This document shows positions 50,490 to 62,355 of a stretch of 64,000 nucleotides of DNA, piece after piece. This DNA is from Iphione sp. A-MEVVRFRX5. Its lineage: Eukaryota. The notes beneath the pieces are model-generated. The model had not been told where the DNA came from. It did no database searches and saw only the letters and a program-made list of their open reading frames with translations. The stretch spans positions 64,046,001-64,110,000 of the forward strand of contig OZ320314.1 of assembly GCA_976226885.1 (NCBI GenBank). Direction: 5' to 3'. The stretch's first letter is position 1. Every line of letters begins with the position of its first letter. Made by a program: the position numbers and the translations under genes.

Positions 50490-50765
50490 GCTAAAAAGGG
50501 GTGTTGGAGGACAATCCTCCAAAGACAAGCCACCAGTGGCATGGGGTAGGTAAGAATGTTCTAAAAAAACTCCTCTGATTGGGAGGAACTAATTAGTTAA
50601 GCATAGATAGAAGGTTCTAGAAGCATCCCTCCAGAAAGGTCTTGGAGGAAAGGTTTTAATTGTTGCTATTTTAAGAATTGTTGTTACAGAGCCAGTCTCT
50701 GTATATAAGGGACAGATTTCCTGAATAAAGGCAGTTCTCATCTGGATTTGGAATTAAGCACAACC
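50490..50765 (+). mobile_element. Possible 3' LTR remnant with polypurine tract
   Basis: AAAAAGGGG is directly followed by TGTTGG (50502), then TATATAA (about 50702) and AATAAA (about 50725). Confidence 0.35.
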
Positions 50766-51151
50766 AATGCATATATTTTGTATGGACATTCTTTATTTTG
50801 CGAAGTCATCCGTTCCAAAGACAAGAGACACATTACACTTACATCTCACAAAAAATACATAGGCCCAAAGGCCAATGTGGACGATCCATCAAAATAACCA
50901 CTTTGTACTCCCGTCGTTGTTGTGGGGTGGAGGTGGCAAATTCGCTCTGGCGACACCTAGGCTAGTGGCCTGTGATTGGCCTGTGCCCGCTTATAAATAC
51001 TCATAGTACAATATACCACTAGAGTTCTCAAGTGGCCAACCAATTTCACAAGAACTGGGTACAGGAAAAGATTAACTGTATGCATGTAAAGCTTTTTTTT
51101 TTAAATAGGTGTCACATCCTTTCTGAGGAGTGTACAAATTTTCTTTCATGA

Positions 51152-51818
51152 TTTTTTTTTTTAACAGTACCAGTAACAAGAAGAAAACAAGAAAAATTAA
51201 ACTACAACATCAGAATTATTGAGTAAGAACCTGAGGTCTTGCCATTTCTTGTTTTGCTTGGCTGCATCATTGTACACACTATCACTCGCCCTAAGGCTAA
51301 TACGGTTAGTGTATTCTGTAATAAAGGCAGTACAGTATAAACCACCATTGTAGAAAAGTTTCCTTTTGTAAATGTAAAATTTGGCCAAAAGGAGAGTAAA
51401 GTTGAGGGTTTTCTCTCCTGAAAAAGGATCCTGAACACCAAGAAGTAGTTCTGTCTCTTAGTCTTGCAATATTTACATTAAGCAGCTGATACCACCATCG
51501 AAAGAGGTTTCCTCAGAATCTTTTGATTTTGGGACATGTGAAAAGAAAGTGTAGCACCGCATCAATATTGTTTCAACTGGTGCAGTAAGAACATGAATTT
51601 GAAGGCATTATTTGAAGAAAGTGTAAATATACATAACATGGCATTACATTGTACATCATTCTGAGAGCAAAGCTTTGCAACTTCATTGGAGTACAGCTTT
51701 CATATGGATTCTTAAAGATACCTTGCCATGTGTTTTATGTTTCTTTGATTAAGTCTGGCAAAAGAGCAGTTAGTTTACATTTACAAGGTGGCTTATTACC
51801 TTGGCATATGGTAGAAGA
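51152..51818 (-). mobile_element. Tx1/L1-clade LINE 3' fragment with poly(A) tail
   Basis: Reads WQGIFKNPY...KLQSFALRMMY, LHFLFTCPKIKRF*, LLGVQDP...LNFTLLLAKFYIYK and NKKWQDL, typical of the zf-RVT and C-terminus of Tx1 ORF2. A11 tail at 51152-51162. Confidence 0.75.
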
Positions 51819-52116
51819 AATACTTTATTGCGTAAAACACCCGCTAGGGGTTAGAGCATACATGGACGGAATCCTTGGACGGAATGTAATTCATGGGAGA
51901 AGGCGCTGCCTTCTCCCCTTACCCTAGTATACATACATAAGAAAACAGAACAAAGACAATATCAGAAAACAGAACAAGGGCACTATTGTGGTACACACGG
52001 GGGACAAGGTTGACAGTACATAGAAAGACAGTTGGGACGGCACAGGGTCAGATGGCAGAGACCAACACAAAACACAATCAAACAGTAATTAGTATGGAAT
52101 AGTCAAGGGCCAATGC

Positions 52117-55100
52117 CTATACGCCAGAGTGTATTTTCTTTCGGAGCTCGAAGGCTAGGTAGCAAAATTTGGCCACTTCTCTGCTTATCCTGCCTTCCGC
52201 TGAGACTAGGAATGTAAATTTATCTTTGTTGCTCAGGGAGGCCAGGTTCGGGGTTTCCAGCCCTATTGCAGAGTACATTTGGTCTCTTTCCTTGAGATAG
52301 GCTGGGCAGGCTGTTAGGAAATGTATCTCATCCTCTACCACTTGGGAGCTACACATCTCACAGAACCTATCCTGGGCAGCTACAGGGGGTCTTTTATATC
52401 TTCCCGTTTCAATACAGAGGCTATGGCTGCTAGACCTAAGTTGGGTTAGTGCTTGGCGATGTGAAAAGATCCTAACACCTTTGAGGTAGTTTTCAAACCG
52501 TAGGTCATTTTTGAAAGAGGCATAGGTCCTAAGTTTGTTTGCATTGGGCCTAGATAGGGTGTTGTGCCAATGTTCTTTGAACCTATTCTTCAATTCCCTG
52601 ATGTTTTCTTTCGGGGATGTGGGGTCCCTGCCGTTTAGTAGTTGTTCTAGGCATGAGGTCTTCTCCCACCAAGAGCCTGATTTTTGGGTACCTAGCCATA
52701 TTGACTGCGATCTTGCTTGTCCAAGTAGGGAGTCTTTGCTCTGTTTCTCAAGGTACTCCTTGTAATTGAGGACATTTTTGATTACATCCATGCCTAATGG
52801 GGGAATTCCCAGTTCTCCTCTCACTGCCGCTGTTGTGGTTTTCCTATGGACTCCCAGCGTGAACCTCAGGTAGCTTAATAGAGTTTTCTCGGCTGGGATA
52901 TTGTCCATGTTCCTAAAGACTCTCCCAAGATTGTCTGCGGCAAGTGTGGCTCCCCATATTTCGCTACCGTATAGGGCAATTGGTTTTATAAGGGAGTTGA
53001 ACAAGGATATGGTGATTTGGGGAGATAACTCTCTGCCCACCAGTGACTTAAGTTTGAATGTTGCCTTCAGGGACTTTGTTTTTAGGATGTCTAATGCGCT
53101 TGCGAAGGAGCCTGAGCTTGTAATTTCGAGCCCTAGGTATTTGTAGCTCTGTGCGACCTCCACATACTTACCGGCATAACTAAACTGGGATGGTATGGAG
53201 CGTCCGTGTCTGTTAAATATCACTACCTTAGTTTTGGACATATTAACCTCTAGCCTCCATTTTGTGCAGTAGTCATGGAGGTTGTTAAGGGAGTTCTGGA
53301 GGCCATGTTTGGACTCTGAGAGGACTACAATATCATCTGCATACATTAGGCAGTTAGTGTTGGTTGGTCCTAGTTTGGCTGGGAAGGTCTCCCCCTCTGC
53401 TAGGTATTCTGGCAAGTCATTGATGAACAGAGTAAACAATAGCTGGCTGAGGATCTCACCCTGCCTGACGCCTTGGTTTATCATAAATGGTGGTGTTATT
53501 CCAGCTCCTGTGAGTACTCTGCTATAGACCTTATGGTACATGCTTCTTATGTAGTGGTAAAAGGTACCTCTAACTCCGTAGTTTAACAGTTTAAGGAACA
53601 GACCGGGCCACCATACTCTGTCAAATGCTTTACTGAGGTCAATAAAGCATGCATATAAGTTTTGTTTTTTCTGCTTGGTGTAAGAGTCAATGATCGTCTT
53701 TAGGACAAAGATGTGGTCTGCTGGACGGGAGGCCTTTTTGAATCCTATTTGTTCCTTCGACCTGATGTTATTAGACTCCACAAATGATGTTAATCTGTTG
53801 TTCAGGATTGCACTTAGGACTTTGGCAAGGTTGCTGCAGAGTGTGATACCTCTGTAATTTTCTGGGGATTTGGGGTTGCCTGATTTATAGATAGCTTTTA
53901 TCAGGCCCTCACACCATTAACTGGGGTAATGAGCACCTACATACATCTTATTGAAGATAACTGATAAAGGCTCACAGAAGCTCCTTGCCCCAGCCCTTAG
54001 CATTTCATTTGCAATCCCATCCAGTCCCACTGCCTTCCTGGACTTCAGGTTGGTTAGTACCTTGAATACCTCGTCTGTCTCAATTTGGAAATCAAGCGAT
54101 GTGAAGGTTGCTTCTTTTTCTAGCTCTTTTATTCTGGACAGGATGGCCTCGTCATTTTCTGAGGTTGCTGGTGCCTGTGGTGCTAGAAGGCTTTTGAAAT
54201 ATGTTTCCCACACACTGGGGCTTATAGTTGGTTCACCGCTTTGGCTCTTTTTGTTGGCTCGCATATCTTTAAGGAGGTTCCAGTAGACAGTGGGGTTGGA
54301 TACATAGAGAGATTCGAGTCTGGCGAGGATCCCAGCTTCAAAGTCCTTCTTGTTTTTCTTGATCACTTTCTTGTAGGTCTTTTTGGTGGAGAACAGCTTT
54401 GCTCGTACCTGCTGGTTGAAGGGGTTCTTACACAGTTCAATAGAAAGCTTTTTACACTCTTTTTTTAGATCATAACAAGATCTGTCAAACCATCTCTGTT
54501 TGCGTGGGCTGCCCTTGTTGTTCTTTCCTCTCCTTTTCCTCAGGGATCTTTCACATACTGATTCCAGGATATCTGAGAATTTTTCTAAGAGGGCTTCGTG
54601 TGAGGATTCATTTGTGTACTTACAGGCTGAAATATCATTCAGAGCCTCAGTGATAGCGGGGCTGTTTAGGATCAATTTGAATTTTTGCTCAGATTCCTTA
54701 TCCCATTTATAGCCAATTTGGGGTTTGGAGAGGCAGGCCTTAGGGGCAGCCACATGCTTATATGTACTCCTGATGGAGAATGAGATGGGTGAGTGGTCTG
54801 AGGCTGTTTCAAGCCACTCATGGACTTTGAAAAAATTAATGATAGGTAGGATTGAGTCATGGACCACTACATAGTCAATGGCGCTGCTGCCATTATACTG
54901 GTGGCAGGTCATTCTGCCCATTGAGTCTCCCAGTGTCCTTCCATTAAGGATCCGGAGACTGCATGTTTTGCAGAGGTTCAGTAGGCTGTTACCAAATGTG
55001 TTTGTCATGCGGTCCTGATTAAGCCTTTTGGGGGGGAGGTAGTCTGTGGGGTATCCCGCTGGCACAGGGATATACTCATTACTATCATCTAGCATGAAGT

Positions 55101-55617
55101 CCTCTCCCATCGCAGTCCTTGCATTGAAGTCCCCTGCCAGGACCACTTTGCCCTTATGGCTGAAATGACCTATGTCTGCTTCTAGCTTTTCATAAGCATC
55201 TGTGTTCTCTCTCAAGGAAAATGAGGAGTTGGCTGGGCTGATATATGTGAATGCCAGGTATATATCCTCATCCCAATGGAAGAAGGACCCTAGCAGTTTC
55301 ACCCACAGCACGTCCTTTGGAGCATTAGGAGAGATGACGTGCTTGACCCCTGCCACCACTGTAGGTTTGGCTAGGGCTACAAGACCTCCTGAGTGCTTCT
55401 TTGCTTTGTGCAGCTTCGGCCTATTCAGCTGGGCTAGGGTTTCGAAGCCTGCTAAGGATAAATGGGTCTGGTCATTGGCATGGGTCTCTACTAGCCCGAT
55501 AATGTCAAACTTATGAAGGGCCTGTTTGACCTCCTTCAGGTTTGTCTTGCTACCGAGCATCGGGCTGTTCATCCCTTGTATGTTCCATACGCAGATTGAC
55601 AGGTCCTTGATTTGCAT
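52117..55617 (-). pseudogene. LINE ORF2 (APE endonuclease, RT, C-terminal CCHC) with one in-frame TAA at 53917-53919
   Basis: Endonuclease: WNIQG, GLVETH, GDFNAR, IDY, SDH. RT: NYRGITL, FIDLSKAFDRV, GVRQG, YADD, YKYLG. C-terminus: LCIETGRY...RFCEMC...EDEIHFLTACPAY. The frame is continuous across YPS*WCEGLIK. Confidence 0.92.
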
Positions 55618-55621
55618 ATTC

Positions 55622-57868
55622 CTAGTAGAATGTCACATCTTGATTCTCCCTTCTCCATGTGCGTTTCCTGTTATCTCGGTCGTGGAAGTAGATGGAGTCA
55701 TCGTCTCCCCATGTTTGCCGCCTGGGTTTCGTCGTCAGCCGCCGTCCCCTGGGAGGGGGGGATTCCCTCCAACGGTGGTAGCTGGTCGGCTCTCTGGCTT
55801 CCATCCAGGGAGTTCTAGCTGCTGCTTTGGGCTGGTGGTGGTGGTCCCTTCGGGAGGTTGGGGGCTGCTGGTTCCTTCTTTGGACTGGGGCTTGCTGTCT
55901 GGTCGGCGGTCGAGGGTGTCTTGGTCCTCTTGGGGGCTCGATCCCTAAGCACTTCCCGAGGGCCTGGCGGTAGTTCGAGGCAAGCCTTGCAGTACCCTTC
56001 GCATTCAGATGCACCAGGTCTTCCTTGAAGTAGGCTTGCGTGGCTTCTCCATTGACGAGCAGGTTGCTGTTGTCTAGCATGGCTACTCCGGAGCTCTGCA
56101 GTCGCCTCTTCAGCTCCAGGTTGACTGCCATGGTCTTGAGGTGGAGCGTCGTGTCCCCTCTTCCTGCCGGCAGGGACAGTATAACTTTAGTTTCTGGGAA
56201 CTTTTCCTGGGTGGCCTGGACGAGTGTCGCCAGGTCTCGGCTACACTCTTCAACACTCCTCTCCTTGATGTCGTTGGTTCCTTGTTGAAGTACTACAGCT
56301 GCTGGGGGTGGGTCGCTATATTCCTTGATGTACTTAGTTGCTGGGCGACAGTGGTATCGTGTTTCGATGTGGGTGTTGTAGCCTTGCAGCAGCTTCTCCG
56401 GGATAATGTCCTTGACTATGGAGGTACCGACCACCAAGATGGCGCTGGTGTCTTGTGTTTCAGGTTTCGGCCTTGGTGACTCCTCACACTTCTCTCTTTG
56501 GTCATGGATTTTCATGCTGAGGAGGTTGTTGCCATGACGGTCGAGGTCCGCTGTCAGCTTGGTAAGTCTGCGTTCCAACATTTCGATCACGTCCACCTTC
56601 TCTCTGAGTCTGCTGTCTGCCTTGCGAGCCTCCTCCAGGAGATGCTGTCTGCTTGCCTCAAGGGTAGCTACTGCCTCCTCGTGAAATCTTTTGTCTTTTT
56701 TGAGCTTCTCCTCCAGGACCAGGATATGGCCATTCTTCTCTGCGGTGGATTCTTTCAGGAGGCGTAGTTCTTTCTTGAGCTTGCCTATCTCGTCGTCGTG
56801 CTTGCACTGTATGTGGGTCGTAGGCTTGTTCTTCTCTTCCACGGCCGCCTGTAGCCTCCCAACTTCACTCTGCAGCTTCTTGTTACGCTCTTTTTCTCTA
56901 CAGAGCTCCTGCTCTGCCAACCGTAGCTTAAGGGCTGCGTTCTCATCTCTGACCTCAAGGACTTGGCGGACGACAGAGTCTTCTATGTTGGTGAGAGATT
57001 GACGGAAGTCAGTCAGCTGGCCAAGGCACACTGCAATCTGTTCCAGTGCAAGGCTAGACCTGGTGTCCCATCTATCATCCTGGAGGTCGGACTTGGGTTT
57101 CGTTGCGGTGGTGCCCTCAGGAGGAGTTGGTCTCTGGTGGGCTGCGGCCGGGCCCAATAGTACTGCGTCCGTGCTGTCTGGGATAGCTGAGGTAGTCAGT
57201 ATGTGCTGTTGGGTCATCTGTCCATCCTTCTTGTCGCTGGGGGGAGGGCGGAGCAGTTCCTTCAGTCTTGTTGTGTCTTCGTCCTCGCTGTCGCTGGAGG
57301 TGACAACCAGCGAGTCCTCCCCACCTGTCCTTCTGCTGGGCCCCTCGGGTGTAGTGTGGGCCCCACATATTGCGTCTACAGCGGCCTTCAACTGGGGGAA
57401 TTCGCCATGGATGAAGTTGGGTAGGGAAGTACCTTGGGCCATGACGGTCAAGGTCTTGAGGAATATTGTCACCGTGATCAGCTTCTCCGGGACACCATTG
57501 CTGCCTATCTGGGACACTGAGATTCGGACTTCACTGAAGGCTGACTCTGACTTCGGGTCTGGTTTGTCCACCCAGTCGACCTCGTAGTTTGCTGCTTCTC
57601 CGAGCTGATCGTAGTAGCGTGCTGTCAGGGCTGCCAGCCAGCCCATGATGCGGATTCTCGATGTTTGGAATGAGATGCAGCATGCATTCTTGTCGTGTTG
57701 GTCCTCTTGGGCCTCCTCGAAGGGGAGGGGGGTACATACTCTCCTAGTCCTGCTGCTGGCCTGGTTGCGGGGCAGGGATGCTTCATATCGGTCCTTGGTG
57801 TCGGTTATAGTCTGCTGGGAGCATGTGATTAAGGCCGGGCACTTCCCAAACTTGATGGGCAGTGCCAT
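55622..57868 (-). CDS. LINE ORF1p: N-terminal domain, coiled coil, SGNH/GDSL esterase, basic tail
   Basis: Open frame of 768 codons from GTG 57928; first ATG at 57868. Esterase blocks VGTSIV, QQGTND and DLVH; long heptad-rich coiled coil. Confidence 0.88.
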   Translation of the reverse strand: MALPIKFGKCPALITCSQQTITDTKDRYEASLPRNQASSRTRRVCTPLPFEEAQEDQHDKNACCISFQTSRIRIMGWLAALTARYYDQLGEAANYEVDWVDKPDPKSESAFSEVRISVSQIGSNGVPEKLITVTIFLKTLTVMAQGTSLPNFIHGEFPQLKAAVDAICGAHTTPEGPSRRTGGEDSLVVTSSDSEDEDTTRLKELLRPPPSDKKDGQMTQQHILTTSAIPDSTDAVLLGPAAAHQRPTPPEGTTATKPKSDLQDDRWDTRSSLALEQIAVCLGQLTDFRQSLTNIEDSVVRQVLEVRDENAALKLRLAEQELCREKERNKKLQSEVGRLQAAVEEKNKPTTHIQCKHDDEIGKLKKELRLLKESTAEKNGHILVLEEKLKKDKRFHEEAVATLEASRQHLLEEARKADSRLREKVDVIEMLERRLTKLTADLDRHGNNLLSMKIHDQREKCEESPRPKPETQDTSAILVVGTSIVKDIIPEKLLQGYNTHIETRYHCRPATKYIKEYSDPPPAAVVLQQGTNDIKERSVEECSRDLATLVQATQEKFPETKVILSLPAGRGDTTLHLKTMAVNLELKRRLQSSGVAMLDNSNLLVNGEATQAYFKEDLVHLNAKGTARLASNYRQALGKCLGIEPPRGPRHPRPPTRQQAPVQRRNQQPPTSRRDHHHQPKAAARTPWMEAREPTSYHRWRESPPPRGRRLTTKPRRQTWGDDDSIYFHDRDNRKRTWRRENQDVTFY

Positions 57869-57977
57869 GGTGAGATGCGGTGTTGTACTGCTGTCCTGTT
57901 CTGGGGAGACTGGTGTGCTTGCACTCACGGCTGATTAATGCCCCTCTGTTTGGCCTGTTCTGTTGGCACTGCTATGT

Positions 57978-57981
<4 letters not shown>

Positions 57982-58010
<29 letters not shown>
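57982..58010 (+). repeat. Poly(A)29 tract
   Basis: Homopolymer between the LINE 5' end and the PPP6C upstream region. Confidence 0.9.
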
Positions 58011-58013
<3 letters not shown>

Positions 58014-58559
58014 CTGGGGTGCACTGTCACTTGAGACCACACATGGAGGTTGCACAGTTTATGCACAGTTCATTCGGAGTTCAGCAGATATTCAGACTTC
58101 AGTCAGTTCTCAGATACACATAACAGTTCATACACAGTCTATGGACATGTAAATAATCTCAACTCCACTCCTATCAATCAACCTTCCAGTGGATGTCCTC
58201 CTTCTTTCGCCTCCACACCTTCATTCATGTATACTTTTGCTTCAGGTTTAGTCCCAGTGGTTCCAAGACAATGGCCCACTTCAGTCACTACTTCACTTTC
58301 ATTCCACAGTGGCTTTTCTGGTGCACTTGGTACTTTCACTCACTACAGGTGCTTGCACTTCCCTTTTCCTATTATTGGAATTCCTTTATATCAGGGAATA
58401 TACAGGGTGATAGTGGCTTTGTAGAAATTTTGACATCAATGGTCTTGTCATCATCTTCTATGAAAAGTTTTCCATAGTCTTGTGGAATTTACCAGTGACT
58501 ATTATGAATGCTGCCTTCTGGAACAACGATAAATTCCTTCTCTCCACCTGGTGGGTAGA

Positions 58560-58617
58560 ACGACCAACACCTGAAGGGAGAACATTTCAGACGACACAGA
58601 CAAACTTCCGTTTCAAA
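58560..58617 (+). promoter_or_regulatory. Probable PPP6C core promoter/5' UTR with ETS-like ACTTCCG
   Basis: ACTTCCG at 58604-58610 lies just before the ATG; no TATA box is evident. Function is inferred. Confidence 0.3.
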
Positions 58618-58686
58618 ATGTCGGAAATAGATAAGTGGGTCGAGATCGCCAAACAGTGCAATTACTTGCCAGAAAACGATTTGAAG
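58618..58686 (+). CDS. PPP6C: Serine/threonine protein phosphatase 6 catalytic subunit, exon 1
   Basis: MSEIDKWVEIAKQCNYLPENDLK|GTGAGT; YLPENDLK is PP6-type. Confidence 0.92.
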
Positions 58687-59291
58687 GTGAGTGTTCATTA
58701 TCACTTTTTGTACCAATAACTTTTCCGTATAATACAAAACCGGAGAGACAGGAGTTCCTCTCCAGTTGGAAAACGGTGACCGTTGTATAGTTGAGGTGCG
58801 TTGCCGCCCTGTTTAGCAACCTGTTTCTAGTCTCCACTCAGCTTGGCAGTGTCCTGTCGACATTAACCTTCTTAGATACAAGCTAGGAAATGGCAGAGAA
58901 TGAAGTCAGCTGGTAACTGTTCATGTAGCTATAGGAGTGAATTTCTATAAAACAATGTCTGAACGTGTATGACATTAAACTAATGTCCCGAGTTGTTGAC
59001 TGCAATGTGGGCGACTCACAGGCGACACTACCTACTACATTCGTGTACATATATTGCTGGCCGTATTTAGTGCTTTTGTTGCAAAATCAAGAGTGACCAT
59101 TGCTAGTTTATGTCAACTGGAAGATGATCATCATAGAATCAAGGTCAGGGTAAGGCTCCTACATTTACCAACATATTACATGCACTTTGAAGTGGCTGGA
59201 TACTTGTTTGACAGCAACCTATAACCTGTTGGCAGCTTCTTTATATAAACTATTTGATATCTCAGAATGTTTATGCTCTTCCAATTTGTAG

Positions 59292-59387
59292 AAATTGTGC
59301 GACTATGTTGGTGAATTGCTGCTGGAGGAGTCAAATGTGCAGCCAGTCTCCACTCCAGTTACTGTATGTGGAGACATTCATGGACAG
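59292..59387 (+). CDS. PPP6C: PPP6C exon 2
   Basis: ttgtag|[32 protein letters not shown]|GTAAAC, containing the GDIHG motif. Confidence 0.95.
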
Positions 59388-61977
59388 GTAAACAAAGCTA
59401 TTCTAATACATACGTATGTATTACTAACTGGAATCCAGGACATAATACATTTTACTAAAGCCTATGGATCAACCCTGTACGGCGTCCACACCATAGTGTT
59501 GTCAAAGCGAAGGGAAGGGAATATCTGTAGTACAATCTCAGCCCCCTTAAAGCCATTAAAAAAACAAGGATAAGATATCTTTTTCTTAATCAACTTCGCC
59601 TTCCCTTACTCCGGAGTCCGTGTAGGTAACTGACTGGGTATCACCAGTGAAGAATGTACGACCAGTGTGATCCAAGTATACCATGAATCCATACTTTTCA
59701 ACTAAATGCATATTTTAAGGTCCCAAATATATTCACGATGGTCTATTACATGTACTTTCAATGAACAAGAAAACGTGACACTCATTCTCCTTTGATCAGC
59801 TGCAGGAAATTGAAGGAATGGGATTCTTTTTGGTATCAAGAAGACAGTGCCCATGATTTTTTTTGGCCATTATCTGGCATTAACTGTTTCTGACTGTGGT
59901 AACCTCTGCATAGAACTGTAGCTCCTCTTTTCTAGTTCAGTTCCCTTCCTTTTATTTTACCACGCTATGTGCGACTGACTTCCATACCCATCAGCTGTTC
60001 TAATATGGTTGGTGGTGACACTCCTATACTTGCAATAGACTCAAAAACGTCTTTAAACTTTGGACCTGTCATTCTGATAAATCATTTTCATTGGTTTATT
60101 GAATTTTGTTGTTCTTTTTTGTCCAACACAAAATGGTGGATATGTTGTCACCTTACTTTATCGTTCACAGAAAAACCATGTGAAATAATGTTAATACCCT
60201 CTAAAAGCAACTAAGTAAATAAATTAAATTGTGCATATATACACACGTTGGAAGCATTATAAAGAATTTCTAAGGGTTGAATTATTTCTTTGCCGTAAAT
60301 AAGTCGTTCTCTTACAAACGAGAATTAAACATCTCCTGCAGTCTGATTAGTTGAGCCAGGATACATAACTTACATTTTGTAGAGTCATGACTCTTTCCCT
60401 CAATGCCTTTCATTTAAACTAAAGGGAAATATGCCTCGAAATGGCTTGAACTAAGCAATGGATCGATCACAGAAATGCGTCATTTTGAGGCAAAATTATA
60501 TCATTTTTACTGCAAGTACTCGGGATAACTTAACATGGCCATAGAACGATCTTTCATAATAGTATTAGAGAGTGGTGCCGTGTCTTCATTTCTTCCTTAA
60601 GGGGGGGACCTTTCATATAGTTGTATTAAAGTCTGACCATTATCTAGGAAGTTATTGCTGTTTGTAGTTTTACTCTGATGTGTACTGACAAGGAGACTGT
60701 CACCACTTTAATAGATTGGCCTGTGGCTGTCAGAGCCTTGATAGCAGTTAACTAATTGCTGTAGCCTCGTTTCAATTTCCAGGCTCCCGAACATTTTTTT
60801 TTGTGATCAGTCCATTAACTATGGCGTGGAGTGACAGGTGATACCATTTAGGTCATGATGCTCTCGGGCGTGGTGGACTTAAACGACCCACCTGTCACAA
60901 CCAAAAATATTTAATTGCTGTTCTGATATGACTGAGTGAAACAGGTTTCATTTAGCAGATACACACCTTTTAGACGTCTATCTAAACATGGAGCCACCAG
61001 GCTGTGCACAACCAGCACAGTTGTAGTGTCTGTACCATCTAGTATTCCTTATAGTGAAAAATACAAGAGTGACCCCCGTCTTTCCTTTCAGCTAATTTTA
61101 TCCATTCCTCACATTTTTTTGTCGAAACAACTCAGCTAGTTTTCTTACTGTATAATTTTTTGTGCATTTGTAATTATTGTCATATATCACATCGTGTGAA
61201 TATCGATTAGTATGTGTCTGTCTGACAAGAACTGATACAGTGATACGAACACTGTCAGTTCATCAACTAAATTACTGATAGAACTACTGCTAGCAGTTAA
61301 TGTGTCAGAGATATGCACAGTAAAATCTTGCCATTGCACTGCAGCAACCCAATATTCTGCTACCCTCACTATTCCAAGCAAATTCGCTTGGTAATGAGAC
61401 TAACCCCAAAACCCCTTGCTATTCCAGTACCCTTACTATTGCAATCAGAATCATTTGGTACCCAGCAGTGTTGCAATATAGCAAGGTTATGCTGTATTTC
61501 ACAGCTTACTCATAAACATAACGTCAACTTCATGCTTTGCACGAGCATAAACTGTATTAAACACTTTGTTTGCACCATGTTCAGTTGGGGAAATGGTCCA
61601 CACTTTTTATGCCAGGAGAAGCACACTCCACTTGATCTGTGTATCTGTTCATCATTACATGTATTTGGTGCTTGTTTCATGTGTACAATAGGACTATTCG
61701 TGTATGTATCCGTATATCATTTTCATTATCCATGTACCATACCATATACAAAAGTAGCTATGAATAAATTTAACGCCTCAGAGCAGGAAAAATACAGACT
61801 ACATTTGTTCAGTTTAAACATGCCTCTGCACATGCAGAAATTGGGTAGGTGGAGATTTTTATATTGCATGTTTACGGTCTGTTAGTGGGTGGGTGCTATC
61901 CAGTTTTAATGTTCTACTTAGTGACAAGTTTTCGTAAATCTCGTACAGTAAAAGAAAGAATGTGGACTTCTTTCCAG

Positions 61978-62111
61978 TTCTACGACTTGAAGGAACTATT
62001 TCGTACAGGTGGTGAAGTGCCAGACACCAATTACATCTTCATGGGCGATTTTGTAGATAGAGGCTACTACAGTTTAGAAACGTTTACCCTACTTTTATGC
62101 CTAAAAGCTCG
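61978..62111 (+). CDS. PPP6C: PPP6C exon 3
   Basis: ttccag|[45 protein letters not shown]|GTAAGT, containing GDFVDRG. Confidence 0.95.
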
Positions 62112-62355
62112 GTAAGTGGTACAGGTTGTAAACGGCTTTTAAGATTTATTTTTCATGTTCTCGGTAGTGCTTATCATGCATTTTAATTGTGCCATTTCAA
62201 GTTTAAGGAATAAAAACGTTTACATATGTACTTTATTCAAGATAACTAACAGAATACGCTTAACTGAGTAGAAAGTTTTGACAAATTGCATAATGTCTAC
62301 CAATCCCATGTTTATACGTGTATATCTAAAATATTTAATACTCCTGATACTTCAG

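Larger units (their letters stand above)
51821..57981 (-). mobile_element. Near-full-length non-LTR retrotransposon (RTEX or CR1/L2 group) with esterase ORF1
   Basis: Two ORFs are separated by a 4-nt spacer (TAG GAAT ATG). The 3' UTR ends at GCAATAAAGTA (51821-51830). The 5' end abuts an A29 run. Confidence 0.9.

Noticed and set aside
55526-57938. Multiple plus-strand ORFs over LINE ORF1 (and similar ones over ORF2)
   Set aside because: Antisense shadows of a GC-rich coding sequence, with no independent features.
58011-58560. Divergent gene exon antisense to PPP6C (DYGKLFIEDDDKTIDVKIS...; PEKPLWNESEVV...)
   Set aside because: The protein-like pieces fall in different frames separated by stops, and no consistent splice model was found.
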